Shown here piece after piece: positions 30,274 through 40,056 of a DNA stretch of 64,000 nt. The stretch is taken from positions 3,616,001 through 3,680,000 of the forward strand of contig CBDCJO010000002.1 in assembly GCA_965217865.1 (NCBI GenBank), written 5' to 3'. The notes under the pieces were generated by a model. It was not told the DNA's origin. It searched no databases and saw nothing but the letters and a program-made list of their open reading frames with translations. Each line of letters opens with the position of its first letter. The first letter of the stretch is position 1. A program made the position numbers and the translations under genes. This DNA is from Candidatus Latescibacterota bacterium. GTDB taxonomy: Bacteria; Latescibacterota; UBA2968; SICM01.

Positions 30274-30498
30274 TTAGATTGGATTTTCAGCCTCCACAGG
30301 AGCAGGATTTCCGTTCGAATCGCTTTCCATCTTGCCGTGAATGAATCCCTTCACCCCGGAGGTGGCCTGGCTGATACCCTTCTGTATTTGCCGTCGGCTG
30401 TCGGTGGCCAGAAGGACAGCGAGCAAGCCCCCTGCCAGGGCGCCGGCGAACAATCCCGCCCAGAAGAAATCCCTGTGTACCTCTTTCTTCAAGAACAT
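30274..30498 (-). CDS. YtxH-like small membrane-anchored protein
   Basis: FFWAGLFAGALAGGLLAVLLA anchor; ggaggt RBS before ATG 30498. Confidence 0.65.
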   Translation of the reverse strand: MFLKKEVHRDFFWAGLFAGALAGGLLAVLLATDSRRQIQKGISQATSGVKGFIHGKMESDSNGNPAPVEAENPI

Positions 30499-30810
30499 GT
30501 CGGTTACCTCCTTTTTTCTAATGTTTTTCATGACGGGTATGATACGGGAGAAAAATCCAGATCCCCTTCCCGGTCCGGGGAGGTCCTCCATCGCCGCTTC
30601 GGCGACGTGGTCATCTTGATGTCCCCCCGGTTTTCGGAGCTGCGGGAATGCCAGCATCGTCTTATACAACCTTTATTTCGACAAGAGTGAATGGCGTGTC
30701 TCGACCTTCATGCAACAGGGTTGTTTGTTAAATGATAGAACATTATCTCCACTATGGATGTGATGATTATCACTAAAAAGCAGGTTAATTGGTGACTAGC
30801 TGGCCTTTTT

Positions 30811-30838
30811 GTAAGGGCGAACCGGCGGCTCGCCTACA
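30811..30838. repeat. Degenerate GTAG-family REP-like palindrome
   Basis: gtaagggcgaaccggcggctcgcctac. Confidence 0.5.
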
Positions 30839-30953
30839 TCTACATCATCTGACCCGGGAGGCCGGAGCCCACCCCCACAATATATTAGACGATTGGGGAA
30901 GAATTCGGTTGCGGATTGCGTATTAAATCAACCCTCGCGGTGGTCGCAAAGGC

Positions 30954-31462
30954 TTACTGAGCCCGAGATGCGACCGCATCTTCCTCCCCCAGGTCTCTAT
31001 CCATGAGGAAGAGCGCGTTTCCATCATCACCGACGAGTTTTAGTTTATGGACGATTTTCCTTGTGATCGCCTCCTCCTCCACCTGCTCGATGACGAACCA
31101 CTGCATGGAAGCGTTTGTGGCGTGGTCGTGTTCTTAACGGCCAGATCGACCAACTTGTTGATCTGGGCGGTTACTTCTTTCTCGTGTTCGTAGGCATTTT
31201 CGAATGCGGCAAGGGGGCTTTCCCACTTCATGGGAGGGGCTTCTATGGACCGGAGCTCGATTTTACCGTCCCTTTCGTTGATGAAATCGTAAATCCTCAT
31301 TGCGTGTTCCAGCTCTTCTCGGGCCTGGATGCGCATCCAGTGCGCAAAACCGTTCAGGTCCCGTGTCTGGAAATAAGCGGACATTCCTAGGTAGAGAAAG
31401 GCCGCGTAGAACTCGGCATTGAGCTGGTCGTTCAAAGCTGGCTGAACTTTATCGCTGACCAT
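30954..31462 (-). pseudogene. ftnA: Non-heme ferritin with a frameshift at ~31133
   Basis: LNDQLNAEFYAAFLY, EELEHAM, YEHE; DHAT..QWFVIEQVEEE continues in another frame. Confidence 0.85.
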
Positions 31463-31518
31463 GAGAATCTTCCTTATTATTGCTGTATGTGGCCTTTCTC
31501 CGAAATGAAAAGCAAGGT

Positions 31519-31737
31519 CTAGGAGTCTGGAAAGCGTTTGAGGATAAGTCGGGTCTCGATCTGGCGTTGGCCATAGCGCTCGATCTGACGCCGGATATCC
31601 GCAAGGGCGGTTCTTCTGATCCCCAAGTCTTTGAGCTGAACGGCCTGTTGGATGGGGCGGCTGTTTTGCCAGATGGAAAGGCCGCCAGCCAACAGAATCG
31701 CCACTCCTCCCACGATAATCACTTTGTTGAATTTCAT
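31519..31737 (-). CDS. Small hypothetical protein with N-terminal signal/anchor
   Basis: MKFNK plus hydrophobic helix; ends ~55 bp upstream of ferritin on the same strand. Confidence 0.45.
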   Translation of the reverse strand: MKFNKVIIVGGVAILLAGGLSIWQNSRPIQQAVQLKDLGIRRTALADIRRQIERYGQRQIETRLILKRFPDS

Positions 31738-31934
31738 TTCTGACGAAATGGGTCCTCAGGGGCTGGCTCCTATCTTTTGCGGGGGAGAGGGTGGGTAGGA
31801 GTCAGCCCCTGCCAAAGAAATGCTCAAAATTACCAAAAGAGGGACCAAACATCGGTGATCAACGAGCGAGACAATCGGAACCTGAGCGCTTATCCGACGG
31901 CGAGAAATTTATTTTGCTTTATTCCGGTTGAGGG

Positions 31935-33559
31935 TCATACAAGGCGACTCTCTCGAAGCGCCTCCACCGCCATTTTTCGCTCAGTGATGTCCTGGATGGT
32001 CGCGCGAACTCCGGTAACCCGCCCATCTGCATCCCGAATGAACCTGTCCAGCATCAGCACCCGAATCACGGTCCCGTCCTTCCGTCGCCATGTTCGCTCG
32101 TATGGCATTATTGATTCTCGCCCTGACAGCTTTTCGGTGACGGCTTTCCGGGACTCTTCCTGCTCCACGATAAACTCCCAGGGGTGCCGATCCAACATCT
32201 CCTCGGCGGTGTATCCGAGCATTCTCTGCGCGGTGCGATTGACCCGGCGGATGCGGCCGTCTGTGTCGATCTCGTGGTAGCCCACAGGGGCATGATCAAA
32301 CAGGTCGCGGAACCTGGCCTCGCTTTCTCGAAGCGCCTCCTCAGATTGATTCCGTTCAGTGATGTCCTGCAAGGATTGCCCGGATGCCGGTGACCCGTTC
32401 ATCCGCATCCCGAATGAACCTGTCCTACATCAGGACCGGAATCAGAGTCCCGTCCTTCCGTCGCCAGGTTCGCTCGTAGGGTATTGTGGACTCACCCCCT
32501 GAGAGTTTGTTCTCAATCGCCTGCCGGGATTCTTCCTGCTCCTCGATGAATTCCCAGGGACCCCGGCCCAGCATCTCCTCGGCGGTGTATCCGAGCATCT
32601 CCTGCGCGGTGCGATTTACCCGGCGGATGCGGCCGTCTGTGTCGATCTCGTGGTAGCCCACAGGGGCCTGGTCGTACAGTTCGCGGAACCGGGCTTCGCT
32701 ATTGCGATAAGCCTCGGCGCGAAGCCTCGCGGTTTGGAAAAAGTGAACCGTCAGGGAGAAGAGCATGGCCATCAGAAGCCCCCCCACCAGAGTGACTCGG
32801 GAAGGGGGGATTGGGCTTTGGCCAGCAACTCGGACCCGGGGAAGACCCGCACACGCCACGTGACGCCAAATAGCCTGATTGTGGCCTCCTGGCCCCACGC
32901 CTCTCCTTTCCCCCCACCTTCCTGATCGCGGCTGTAGATCTGCTCCAGCCCGTCGAAAACCGCAACTGAGTATCCTGGCGCAACCTGCTCGTGCAGGATG
33001 AAGTCGAACAGGTTTTTAATGAGAAAAACGCCGGTAATGAATCCGCCGAAGTCCTTCCCCTGGGAAATGGGTACATAAACCCGGAACCCCTTCCCACCCT
33101 GAATCAGGTCGAAGGCTCGTGTTACGGCCACCACGCGGCGGTTTCTTGCAGTCTCAAGCGCGGTCCGCCGCCTCTCCTCGAAGGTAAGGTCCAGATCCAG
33201 GGCGGCCTCATTACCATCGAGGGGCACGATCCAGCGCACGCGAGACGACGGATCCACCCATTCGACTGCCTGAGAACCGGGGTTATGCGCGGTGTAGTGC
33301 TTCGCATCCGCTTCCCACGCGCCCCTGGGTGTTCCAGCAAGATACTCCCATCGCTTTGCGACGCGAACCAACGCCAGGGTTTGAGATTCCATCTGGGCAA
33401 GGATCTCGCTTTTCACACTCGCGGCTGCAAGCTGACCCATCTGCACGATTTGTGCACTCTCCTGTCGATCCAGAGCTTTCCAGATGAAAGCTGTGAGGAT
33501 CGCCACGACCAAACCCATAAGGATCGGGAGCCATCTTGCCGATGTGAGTCCCTTGTTCA
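31935..33559 (-). pseudogene. Membrane sensor (CHASE-like extracytoplasmic domain plus two PAS domains), broken and lacking an output domain
   Basis: TM-extracytoplasmic-TM then PAS repeats (APVGYHEID...QDITERK); frameshifts ~32798 and ~32372, in-frame TAG 32425-32427, ends after the second PAS. Confidence 0.75.
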
Positions 33560-34423
33560 TGGACATAACCGATGAGCCTGTCGACCCCTTGGGTGACCTG
33601 ACAAAGTGCTGATCAGACGTGCTGGATTGGTCGACACCCCATAAGATCAGCCCCAAAATGGTGGCACTCAGTATCCGCTTTTCTCCTTCCATATGAATCC
33701 CCCAATCGTGTTAATGGACCGGGATTCAATTGATAGGGTCTTAAATCTTCAGGGGATGAAAAACCGTCGGGGGAAAACGGAGTTCAGAACAGGTCCCTCT
33801 GCCGCGGGGGCAGACAAGGTGAGTGCGGACCTCCATCCTCAAAAGACGGGCAACGCCTTGAATCCCGGGCCTCAGAATCCTCACCAATTCAGGTCATTCG
33901 ACCACCTTAATGCAGTTTTGTGAGTTGAATGGATTGGGCACGGTTTCGGCCTCGGGGTCGTTCTTCCATTTCCCATCGACCATGAAGCGGTACTCATATG
34001 TCCCAGGTTCGAGCATCATATATGTGCTCCAAGAATGCTTCTTGCCCCGTTTCAAACGCCGGGATTCCGTATCCCAATTGTTAAAGGACCCGGTCAGAAT
34101 CACCTCTTTTGCTTTGGGGGCGAGTAGGCGAAGCTTCAAAAGGGCTTTCTCCTTAATCTGCCTCACCCGTTCTCTTGTCAGTCCGAACCAGTCTCCGATC
34201 TCTTCAAGCGTCATCTCTTCGGCACCGTCCAGACCGAAATAAAGCCGAATGATCTCCGATTCCCGCTTTTCAAGGGTATCCAACACCGCCCATATCTCCT
34301 CCCGCATCTCCTTCGGGTCCATGGCTTCGTCAAAGGATGCTTGAACCGGGTCGCTCAGGGTCTGAAGCAGGTGTATCTATTCTGAGATAACAAGAGAAAA
34401 GCAGATAAAGGTCCAAGCAAGAT

Positions 34424-35449
34424 TCAGGCAGCCTTGTGGATGGTCTGGGATGTTCTTTGCCGATTGATTTCTATGCGGCGCTGCCGAGCCTCCTCCTTTC
34501 GACCTTGTCGGTGGTGAAGAATCTTTTGATGCTGGCCTTTATGCCTCTGAAGAGGCGTGACATACTGTATTGCCCCGTGATAGCGTTCGGCGTTGTAGCT
34601 GTGAATGAAGGAATCAATCAGGCCTTCCAGTTGATGGAATGTGAAGATGTCCTGGAAGCGCAGCCAGTCGTATTTGAATGTCCGGAAAAAGGCTTCGATC
34701 CAGGCGTTGTCCGTGGGTGTTTGATATCGGGCAAACAGCTGCGAGATGCCCAGGTCCTTGAAGAATTGGGCCATCGATTTGGCCTTCATCTGAGATCCGT
34801 GATCTGAGAGGGCTGTCAAGCTTATGGGCCCAGTGTCCAGCAGTCCTTCGTTGGCAAGGGCTTGATCCCAAGCCTGTTTGACCTGCTCCACGGTCGCGTT
34901 GAAGGAGAGCTTCCATCCTACGATCTTCCTGGAATACACGTCGAGAATGGCGGTAAAATACAGGAACAAACCGAAAAATGGGATGTAGGTCAGGTCCCAG
35001 CTCCAGACCTGATTAGGACCTTCAGGTTTGACCTGGGGCTTGCTCTGCTTGACCGGCGTCCTCACCTGTTTCCTGCGTGCCAGACGTTCTTTCCTGGCCT
35101 GTCGGTAGAAGCTGGAGGCCGAGGCCTGCACTACCCCCTTCTCTGAGGCTACCACCGCCAGCTGATGGGGAGGCAGATCGGCATAGGTCTCATCCCTTAA
35201 GAGGGCCGGGATTTGCTCTTTCTCCTCCCTCAGCAATCCGTGTGGGGCCTCATCAGGGGCGGGCCCGGGCTTCCCATCCAAAAGCGGGTCCGACACCCCA
35301 TCCAGCTTCTCTTCTCGATCTCGCCGGCTCCAGGCACAATACCGCTGGAGGGGAAGCTGTAGGATCTCGCAAGAACGGGTGAGTTTCACCCCTTTCTCCT
35401 TGGCCCGATGGACCATTAAGAGGATCTCGCGTTTGACCTCAGCTTGCAC
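34424..35449 (-). CDS. IS3 OrfB DDE transposase (integrase core)
   Basis: WSWDLTY, LDVYSRKIVGW, SDHGSQM, DNAWIEAFFRTFK. Confidence 0.92.
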   Translation of the reverse strand: MQAEVKREILLMVHRAKEKGVKLTRSCEILQLPLQRYCAWSRRDREEKLDGVSDPLLDGKPGPAPDEAPHGLLREEKEQIPALLRDETYADLPPHQLAVVASEKGVVQASASSFYRQARKERLARRKQVRTPVKQSKPQVKPEGPNQVWSWDLTYIPFFGLFLYFTAILDVYSRKIVGWKLSFNATVEQVKQAWDQALANEGLLDTGPISLTALSDHGSQMKAKSMAQFFKDLGISQLFARYQTPTDNAWIEAFFRTFKYDWLRFQDIFTFHQLEGLIDSFIHSYNAERYHGAIQYVTPLQRHKGQHQKILHHRQGRKEEARQRRIEINRQRTSQTIHKAA

Positions 35450-35472
35450 CCGGTGGCCCTTGATCGGGCCTG

Positions 35473-35808
35473 TCAGATCCCATTCACACTTTTTTTTAGC
35501 AGGGAAAGTTCCACAGATTGCTCAATGATCGTTTGCTCCAGGCGTGCCCGCTCTTTGCGCAGCTGCTCCACCTCCTCAGCCGATACCATCGGCTTGCGGC
35601 TCCGGCGACCCTTGAACTCCTTGAGGGCCCCGGACTTGACCGACTCACGAATACGCTTTAGATCCGAGGAATGAATGCCCCATTTCCGCAGCACCTGTGC
35701 AATGGGAACATCTCCCCGGCTGGCTTCAAGGAAAATCTCATACTTCTGTTCCGGGGACAAGCTCCTGCGCTTCTTGACCGGGTCACTGTTTGAGGACAGT
35801 TGCTCCAT
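35473..35808 (-). CDS. IS3 OrfA HTH protein; -1 frameshift signal A8G at 35489-35497
   Basis: SPEQKYEI HTH; slippery run; the -1 frame is open into orfB; hairpin ggcccgatcaagggcc downstream. Confidence 0.85.
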   Translation of the reverse strand: MEQLSSNSDPVKKRRSLSPEQKYEIFLEASRGDVPIAQVLRKWGIHSSDLKRIRESVKSGALKEFKGRRSRKPMVSAEEVEQLRKERARLEQTIIEQSVELSLLKKSVNGI

Positions 35809-36606
35809 CTTTACTCCTCCTGTGAGGTCAGGGATATCCCAAAATATGTATCCCTTCTCAACCCTACAGGCAACCAGGATCTTGCTTCGACCTTGCCCCC
35901 GTTTTTTCGGGCGATCTCAGACAAAAGATACAGGTTAGATCCGGATTCCTCATCAAAATGGGCATCGAGGGATATAGGCGGCTGAATGTCGCGCAGGGTT
36001 TGATCTATCTCCTCAAACGAAACACCCATGTCATCAGCAACCTGCTCTGTTGAAGGGGCATCCTGCAGCTCCTGCTGCAAACCCGGAGAAAGACCTCAAG
36101 ATACGGGCCGAGAGATCGAGCCGGCTAATGGGGATCCGAACGGTCCTTTCCACTCGGAGGGCATCAAGGATGGCCTGACGCACCCACCAGACCCCATAAG
36201 AGATAAATTTGAAGCCACACCTCCAATCAAACCGCTCCGCGGCTTTTAGGAGCCCGATGTTTCCTGCGCTGACCAACTCCTCCAGGCTAAGCCCCCGATT
36301 GCGGTAGCCCTTAGCAACACTCACGACGAAGCGGAGATTGGCCTGGACCAGCTCATTCCTCGCGTCCACGTCACCTTCCTGGATGGCGCGGGCTATCCGG
36401 CCCTCCTCTTCCGCAGAGAGGAGTCGGGAGCGAGAAATCTCCTTAAAGTACGTGGTCAGTGACCAATAAGAGGTCTTCTCGAGTTCCTGGCTGTCCATAG
36501 TTGAGATCCTCATGCTCATACGGAAAGATTTCGTTCAAATTTAAGGGTCTAATTAGCCTTTGACAATCGGGGGAATCCTGATTTTGGGGTTCGAAAAACC
36601 TGAAAA

Positions 36607-36740
<134 letters not shown>

Positions 36741-36828
36741 AGTGTACGGCATGGAGGTGTGATGAAGGGAAGGATGAAACCTGGAACTGATAGGGGGGAG
36801 AACAGGAGGTAGGGGGATCTGTCTTAAA

Positions 36829-37482
36829 TCAATCTTCAAGGGAGGTTAAACCTGACCGAATGGCGTACTTGGTTAGATCAGCGATGCTGTGGAGGTCGAG
36901 TTTCTCCATAATGTGCTGGCGGTATGTCTCGACGGTTTTAACGCTTACATTAAGATGCGAGGCGATCTCTTTGGTGGAATTTCCTTCAGCCAAGAGCTGA
37001 AGTACTTCACGCTCTCTACCCGTGAGGACGGAAGAATCCGGCTCGGTGTCTTTTGAGATCTTACGAACGTAGTCTTCTACCACGACCCCGGTTATCGAAG
37101 GGCTCAGGTAGATCTTGTTCGATCTCACTGTGTGGAGGGCGGTGACCAGCTCCTCGAAGGCGGAGTCCTTCAAGAGATAACCGGATGCGCCCGCACCAAG
37201 CATTCCAGAAACGAACCGCCTGTCCGAGTGCATGGAAAGGCCGATCACCTTGATGTGAGGGAATTCAGCTTTGATTTTGCGCGTTGCATCGATTCCGTTC
37301 AGATCGCGCATGCCGATATCCATGACGACAATTTCCGGGGAAAGGTCGCGGGCCATCTGGATGGCGGCGCGTCCGTCCTCTACCTCGGCCACGACCTCCA
37401 TGTCCGGCTGTCCCTGGATCAAGACGCGGAGGCCCTCCCGCACAAGCCTGTGGTCGTCGGCAAGGAGGATCCTGATGCTCAC
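36829..37482 (-). CDS. NarL/FixJ family response regulator
   Basis: ILLADDH, VVMDIGM, GYLLK, LTGREREVLQLLAEG..KTVETYR; GTG start after ggagg. Confidence 0.92.
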   Translation of the reverse strand: MSIRILLADDHRLVREGLRVLIQGQPDMEVVAEVEDGRAAIQMARDLSPEIVVMDIGMRDLNGIDATRKIKAEFPHIKVIGLSMHSDRRFVSGMLGAGASGYLLKDSAFEELVTALHTVRSNKIYLSPSITGVVVEDYVRKISKDTEPDSSVLTGREREVLQLLAEGNSTKEIASHLNVSVKTVETYRQHIMEKLDLHSIADLTKYAIRSGLTSLED

Positions 37483-37483
37483 A

Positions 37484-38668
37484 TCACCCCTCCTGTGTTG
37501 TGGCATTGGATGTTAAGGGGGCCGTCAAGACAGCTCTGGTTCCCTCTTTCGGGGTTGAAACGATCAGAAAACGTCCGCCAAGAAGATTCAAACGCTCCCG
37601 GATCTGGAAGAGACCAAGCTTCGGGGGCCGGTCTCCAGAGAGGCTGGTTCTGGACGTATCGAACCCGATCCCGTCGTCTTCAACCGTGATTTGTATGTCG
37701 TTGTCATTCCTTATAATTGACACCTTCGCGTGATGCGCGTGCGCGTGCTTGACGACGTTAATCAACAGCTCCCGCAACGTCCGAAAGAGGAGAACGCGAA
37801 CATCGTTGTTGAGGGGCTTTGGCTCTGAGTCATTCTCAAATTTAATCGAGATTCCGTGCTCTTCCTGGATCTGTTCGGTGAGCCATTCGGCTGCGGCTTC
37901 GAGCTCCAGTTCATAGAGGATTGGAGGGCTGAGCTCAAAGGTCAATGATCGGATATCCTGAATGATCTGGTCGAAAAGCCCTCGGAGCTCGTCAAGGGGT
38001 TTGTGAATATCAGTCGATGAAGCCGATGCGCGCAGTGCACCTAATTTAATCTTGGATACCGCCAGGGCCTGGCCGGTCCGGTCGTGCAGGTCTGCTGCGA
38101 TGCGTTTTCGTTCCTGATCCTCGGTCAATGTCAATTCGGAAACCAGAGACCTTAGTTCCTTTTGATAGGCCAGCAGTCTTTCCTCCGCCCGCTTGCGTTC
38201 GGTGATGTCCTGGATGGTTGCCCGGATGCCGGAAATCCGTCCATCAGCATCCCGCATGACGTGGTCCTGCATCAAGGTAGGCAGAAGAGTCCCATCCTTC
38301 CGCCGCCATGTCCGCTCGTAAGGACTGGGGGATTCAGACCCGCTTAGCTTGTTGACGACAGCCTGATGAGAAGCCTCCCGCTCAACGATAAACTCCCACG
38401 GGTGCCGCCCCAGGATCTCCTTCTCTGCATAGCCGAGCATGGCCAAGGCTGTGTAGTTGGTCTGGATGATACGACCCTCGGTGTCGATTTCGTGGTAGCC
38501 GACAGGAGCCTGGTCATAAAGGTCGCGAAACCTCGCTTCGCTCTCCCTCAAGGTCTCCTCGTCAGTTTGTCGGGGGCCGACCGCCGATGCTTCCAGCTCG
38601 GCAACCCGGCGCCTTATTATGGTTAATTCCTTAATAAGTTGCAGCTTTGTCTTATTTTGATCTTTCAT
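37484..38668 (-). CDS. PAS + HisKA_3 sensor histidine kinase (cytoplasmic)
   Basis: PAS, ERKRIAADLHD, ELLINVVKHA, VEDDGIGFD; start probably MKDQNKTK. Confidence 0.9.
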   Translation of the reverse strand: MKDQNKTKLQLIKELTIIRRRVAELEASAVGPRQTDEETLRESEARFRDLYDQAPVGYHEIDTEGRIIQTNYTALAMLGYAEKEILGRHPWEFIVEREASHQAVVNKLSGSESPSPYERTWRRKDGTLLPTLMQDHVMRDADGRISGIRATIQDITERKRAEERLLAYQKELRSLVSELTLTEDQERKRIAADLHDRTGQALAVSKIKLGALRASASSTDIHKPLDELRGLFDQIIQDIRSLTFELSPPILYELELEAAAEWLTEQIQEEHGISIKFENDSEPKPLNNDVRVLLFRTLRELLINVVKHAHAHHAKVSIIRNDNDIQITVEDDGIGFDTSRTSLSGDRPPKLGLFQIRERLNLLGGRFLIVSTPKEGTRAVLTAPLTSNATTQEG

Positions 38669-38836
38669 GTCATCCAAAAAAATTCCGTAACACAAGAAAA
38701 GCCGCACCTGTGCAATGCGGCTAACGATCAAGACCGTTCCCCTCCAGTGGCAAAAAATGCGGAGACCATTGATGGAAGAAACGAAATCAATAATGAAACA
38801 ATGTCAAGGAATTGTCAAGAAGAATACAGAGAGAAA

Positions 38837-39163
38837 TTATTGATGAAGGTGTGTGTATCTCAACAGGAGCCTGCTCTCCCTACGGGAATTCGAGGATGGG
38901 AAGGGGTGGGAAGGTTTCCGAGATCTCCGGCAGCGTTTTTCTGCGCGCAGGGCAACTGGACTAATTCTGAGACGGGATGGGGCGATCCGTATGAACATAT
39001 GAACGATCTTAACCCCGAGCGCATAAACCACACGTATGGGTAGATTCCACTTTAATCTATACGCCTTTCTTAATTTCGAAGGGAGCATGCCGGCAGCAAG
39101 TACATAATTAATTGGGCTAAGGAAGAAAAAAAACCGTGGACCACGGAGAAGTGCATCGGCCAC
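38837..39163 (-). pseudogene. C-terminal remnant of an MpaB/DUF2236-type oxygenase
   Basis: AAGMLPSKLRKAYRLKW...PSRLR motif; no N-terminal part. Confidence 0.5.
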
Positions 39164-39239
39164 CGCGCGGCAGCCCTTTAAGGGACGTTGGTTTGTGAAC
39201 AGTGGACCCTTTTATTCGTAAAGCCGACAGGGGGCGCCA

Positions 39240-39347
39240 CTACATTTTCGTTGCCCCGTAGATCATGGCAGCGTAGATCACCAGCAGGCTGAAGACAATT
39301 AACGCTCCCTTGATAAGGGAAACAGAGATTTTTAAGATTCTTTTCAT
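39240..39347 (-). CDS. 35-aa single-TM peptide (below the ORF-track cutoff)
   Basis: MKRILKISVSLIKGALIVFSLLVIYAAMIYGATKM, directly downstream of the riboswitch-like leader. Confidence 0.55.
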   Translation of the reverse strand: MKRILKISVSLIKGALIVFSLLVIYAAMIYGATKM

Positions 39348-39378
39348 CACAACTTTCCAATCTCTTCATCCGCCCCCC

Positions 39379-39500
39379 AAAAAGAAAAATCCGCACCCCC
39401 CCTTTCCCGACTTTTCTCGGTCTTCGGTAGTGCGGAAGTCTTTCCCTATTCGGCTGTAGCTTTGCGTCCTGACGCTTAGTTAGTTTGCCCTTTCGGATCG
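39379..39500 (-). promoter_or_regulatory. c-di-GMP-I (GEMM-I)-like riboswitch with overlapping terminator
   Basis: AAAGGGCAAAC...GGACGCAAAGC...CUACCGAA; P2 loop and P3 non-canonical; CCGCAC/GUGCGG stem plus U-tract. Confidence 0.55.
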
Positions 39501-39629
39501 TTAAAACGTCGTAAACACTAAAACGTCCGGAGGCCCCGATAGGTTCCCTTCGGCACGCTGTTATGGATTAACTTATTGTATAATCTATATATATTTATAA
39601 TTATGCCGGGGATCATCGGCAATAAAAAG

Positions 39630-39842
39630 TAAATCACCCCGCCCAAAGGGCGGGGCATTAACCACTCCCCTCCCCAAACAGATCCAACTGTAGGGGCCCT
39701 TTCTGCTCTTGAAGATGAAACCGAATATATCCTCTGATCACTTTAGAAGTTACCTTTTCGACTACGGTACGGACAAAACAGCCTTTTAGCTTACCCTCAG
39801 CAAGCTAAACTTTTCCTCCCCTTCCAAAGGAAGGGGTATCCA
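39630..39842. mobile_element. Putative non-autonomous IS200/IS605-type miniature element
   Basis: Two end hairpins CCCCGCCC-AAA-GGGCGGGG (39637-39655) and CCCCTTCC-AAA-GGAAGGGG (39818-39836); no ORF between them. Confidence 0.5.
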
Positions 39843-39966
39843 AGTTCAAATACTTTCATGAAGCATAGCTCAAACAGAAAATTGAGTCCCAAGGTTCAGT
39901 AGAGTGAACCGGGGTTCAAAGGTCCAGGTTTCCGGTTCCAAAGATTACTAGGATTTGAGTTTCGAG

Positions 39967-39994
39967 GTAGGGGCGCACAGTCGTGCGCCCCTAC
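39967..39994. repeat. GTAG-family REP palindrome
   Basis: GTAGGGGCGCAC-agtc-GTGCGCCCCTAC, 3' of amtB. Confidence 0.75.
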
Positions 39995-40056
39995 CGGATG
40001 ACGGTCTATGAAAATTTCCGATCAACAAAACGCCATATTTGGAAGAGGTCTGACGT

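Larger units (their letters stand above)
34372..35932 (-). mobile_element. IS3-family element (1561 bp)
   Basis: Ends TGTATCT...AGATACA, GG directly flanking both sides, orfA plus orfB. Confidence 0.9.
33894..36519 (-). pseudogene. RpoD/RpoS-family sigma-70 factor with C-terminal CBM48 glycogen-binding domain, interrupted by IS3
   Basis: LVQANLRFVVSVAK, GFKFISYGVWWVRQAI, ISLD, TLEEIG..FGLTRERVRQIKEKAL, then APKAKEVILTGSFNNW..PGTYEYRFMVDGKW.NDP; frameshift ~36082; IS at 34372-35932. Confidence 0.85.

Noticed and set aside
39125-39178. ZTP-riboswitch-like words (GTGGA..CCACGG)
   Set aside because: GACUGGCG and CGCCUGGGC are missing; the region is a coding remnant on the other strand
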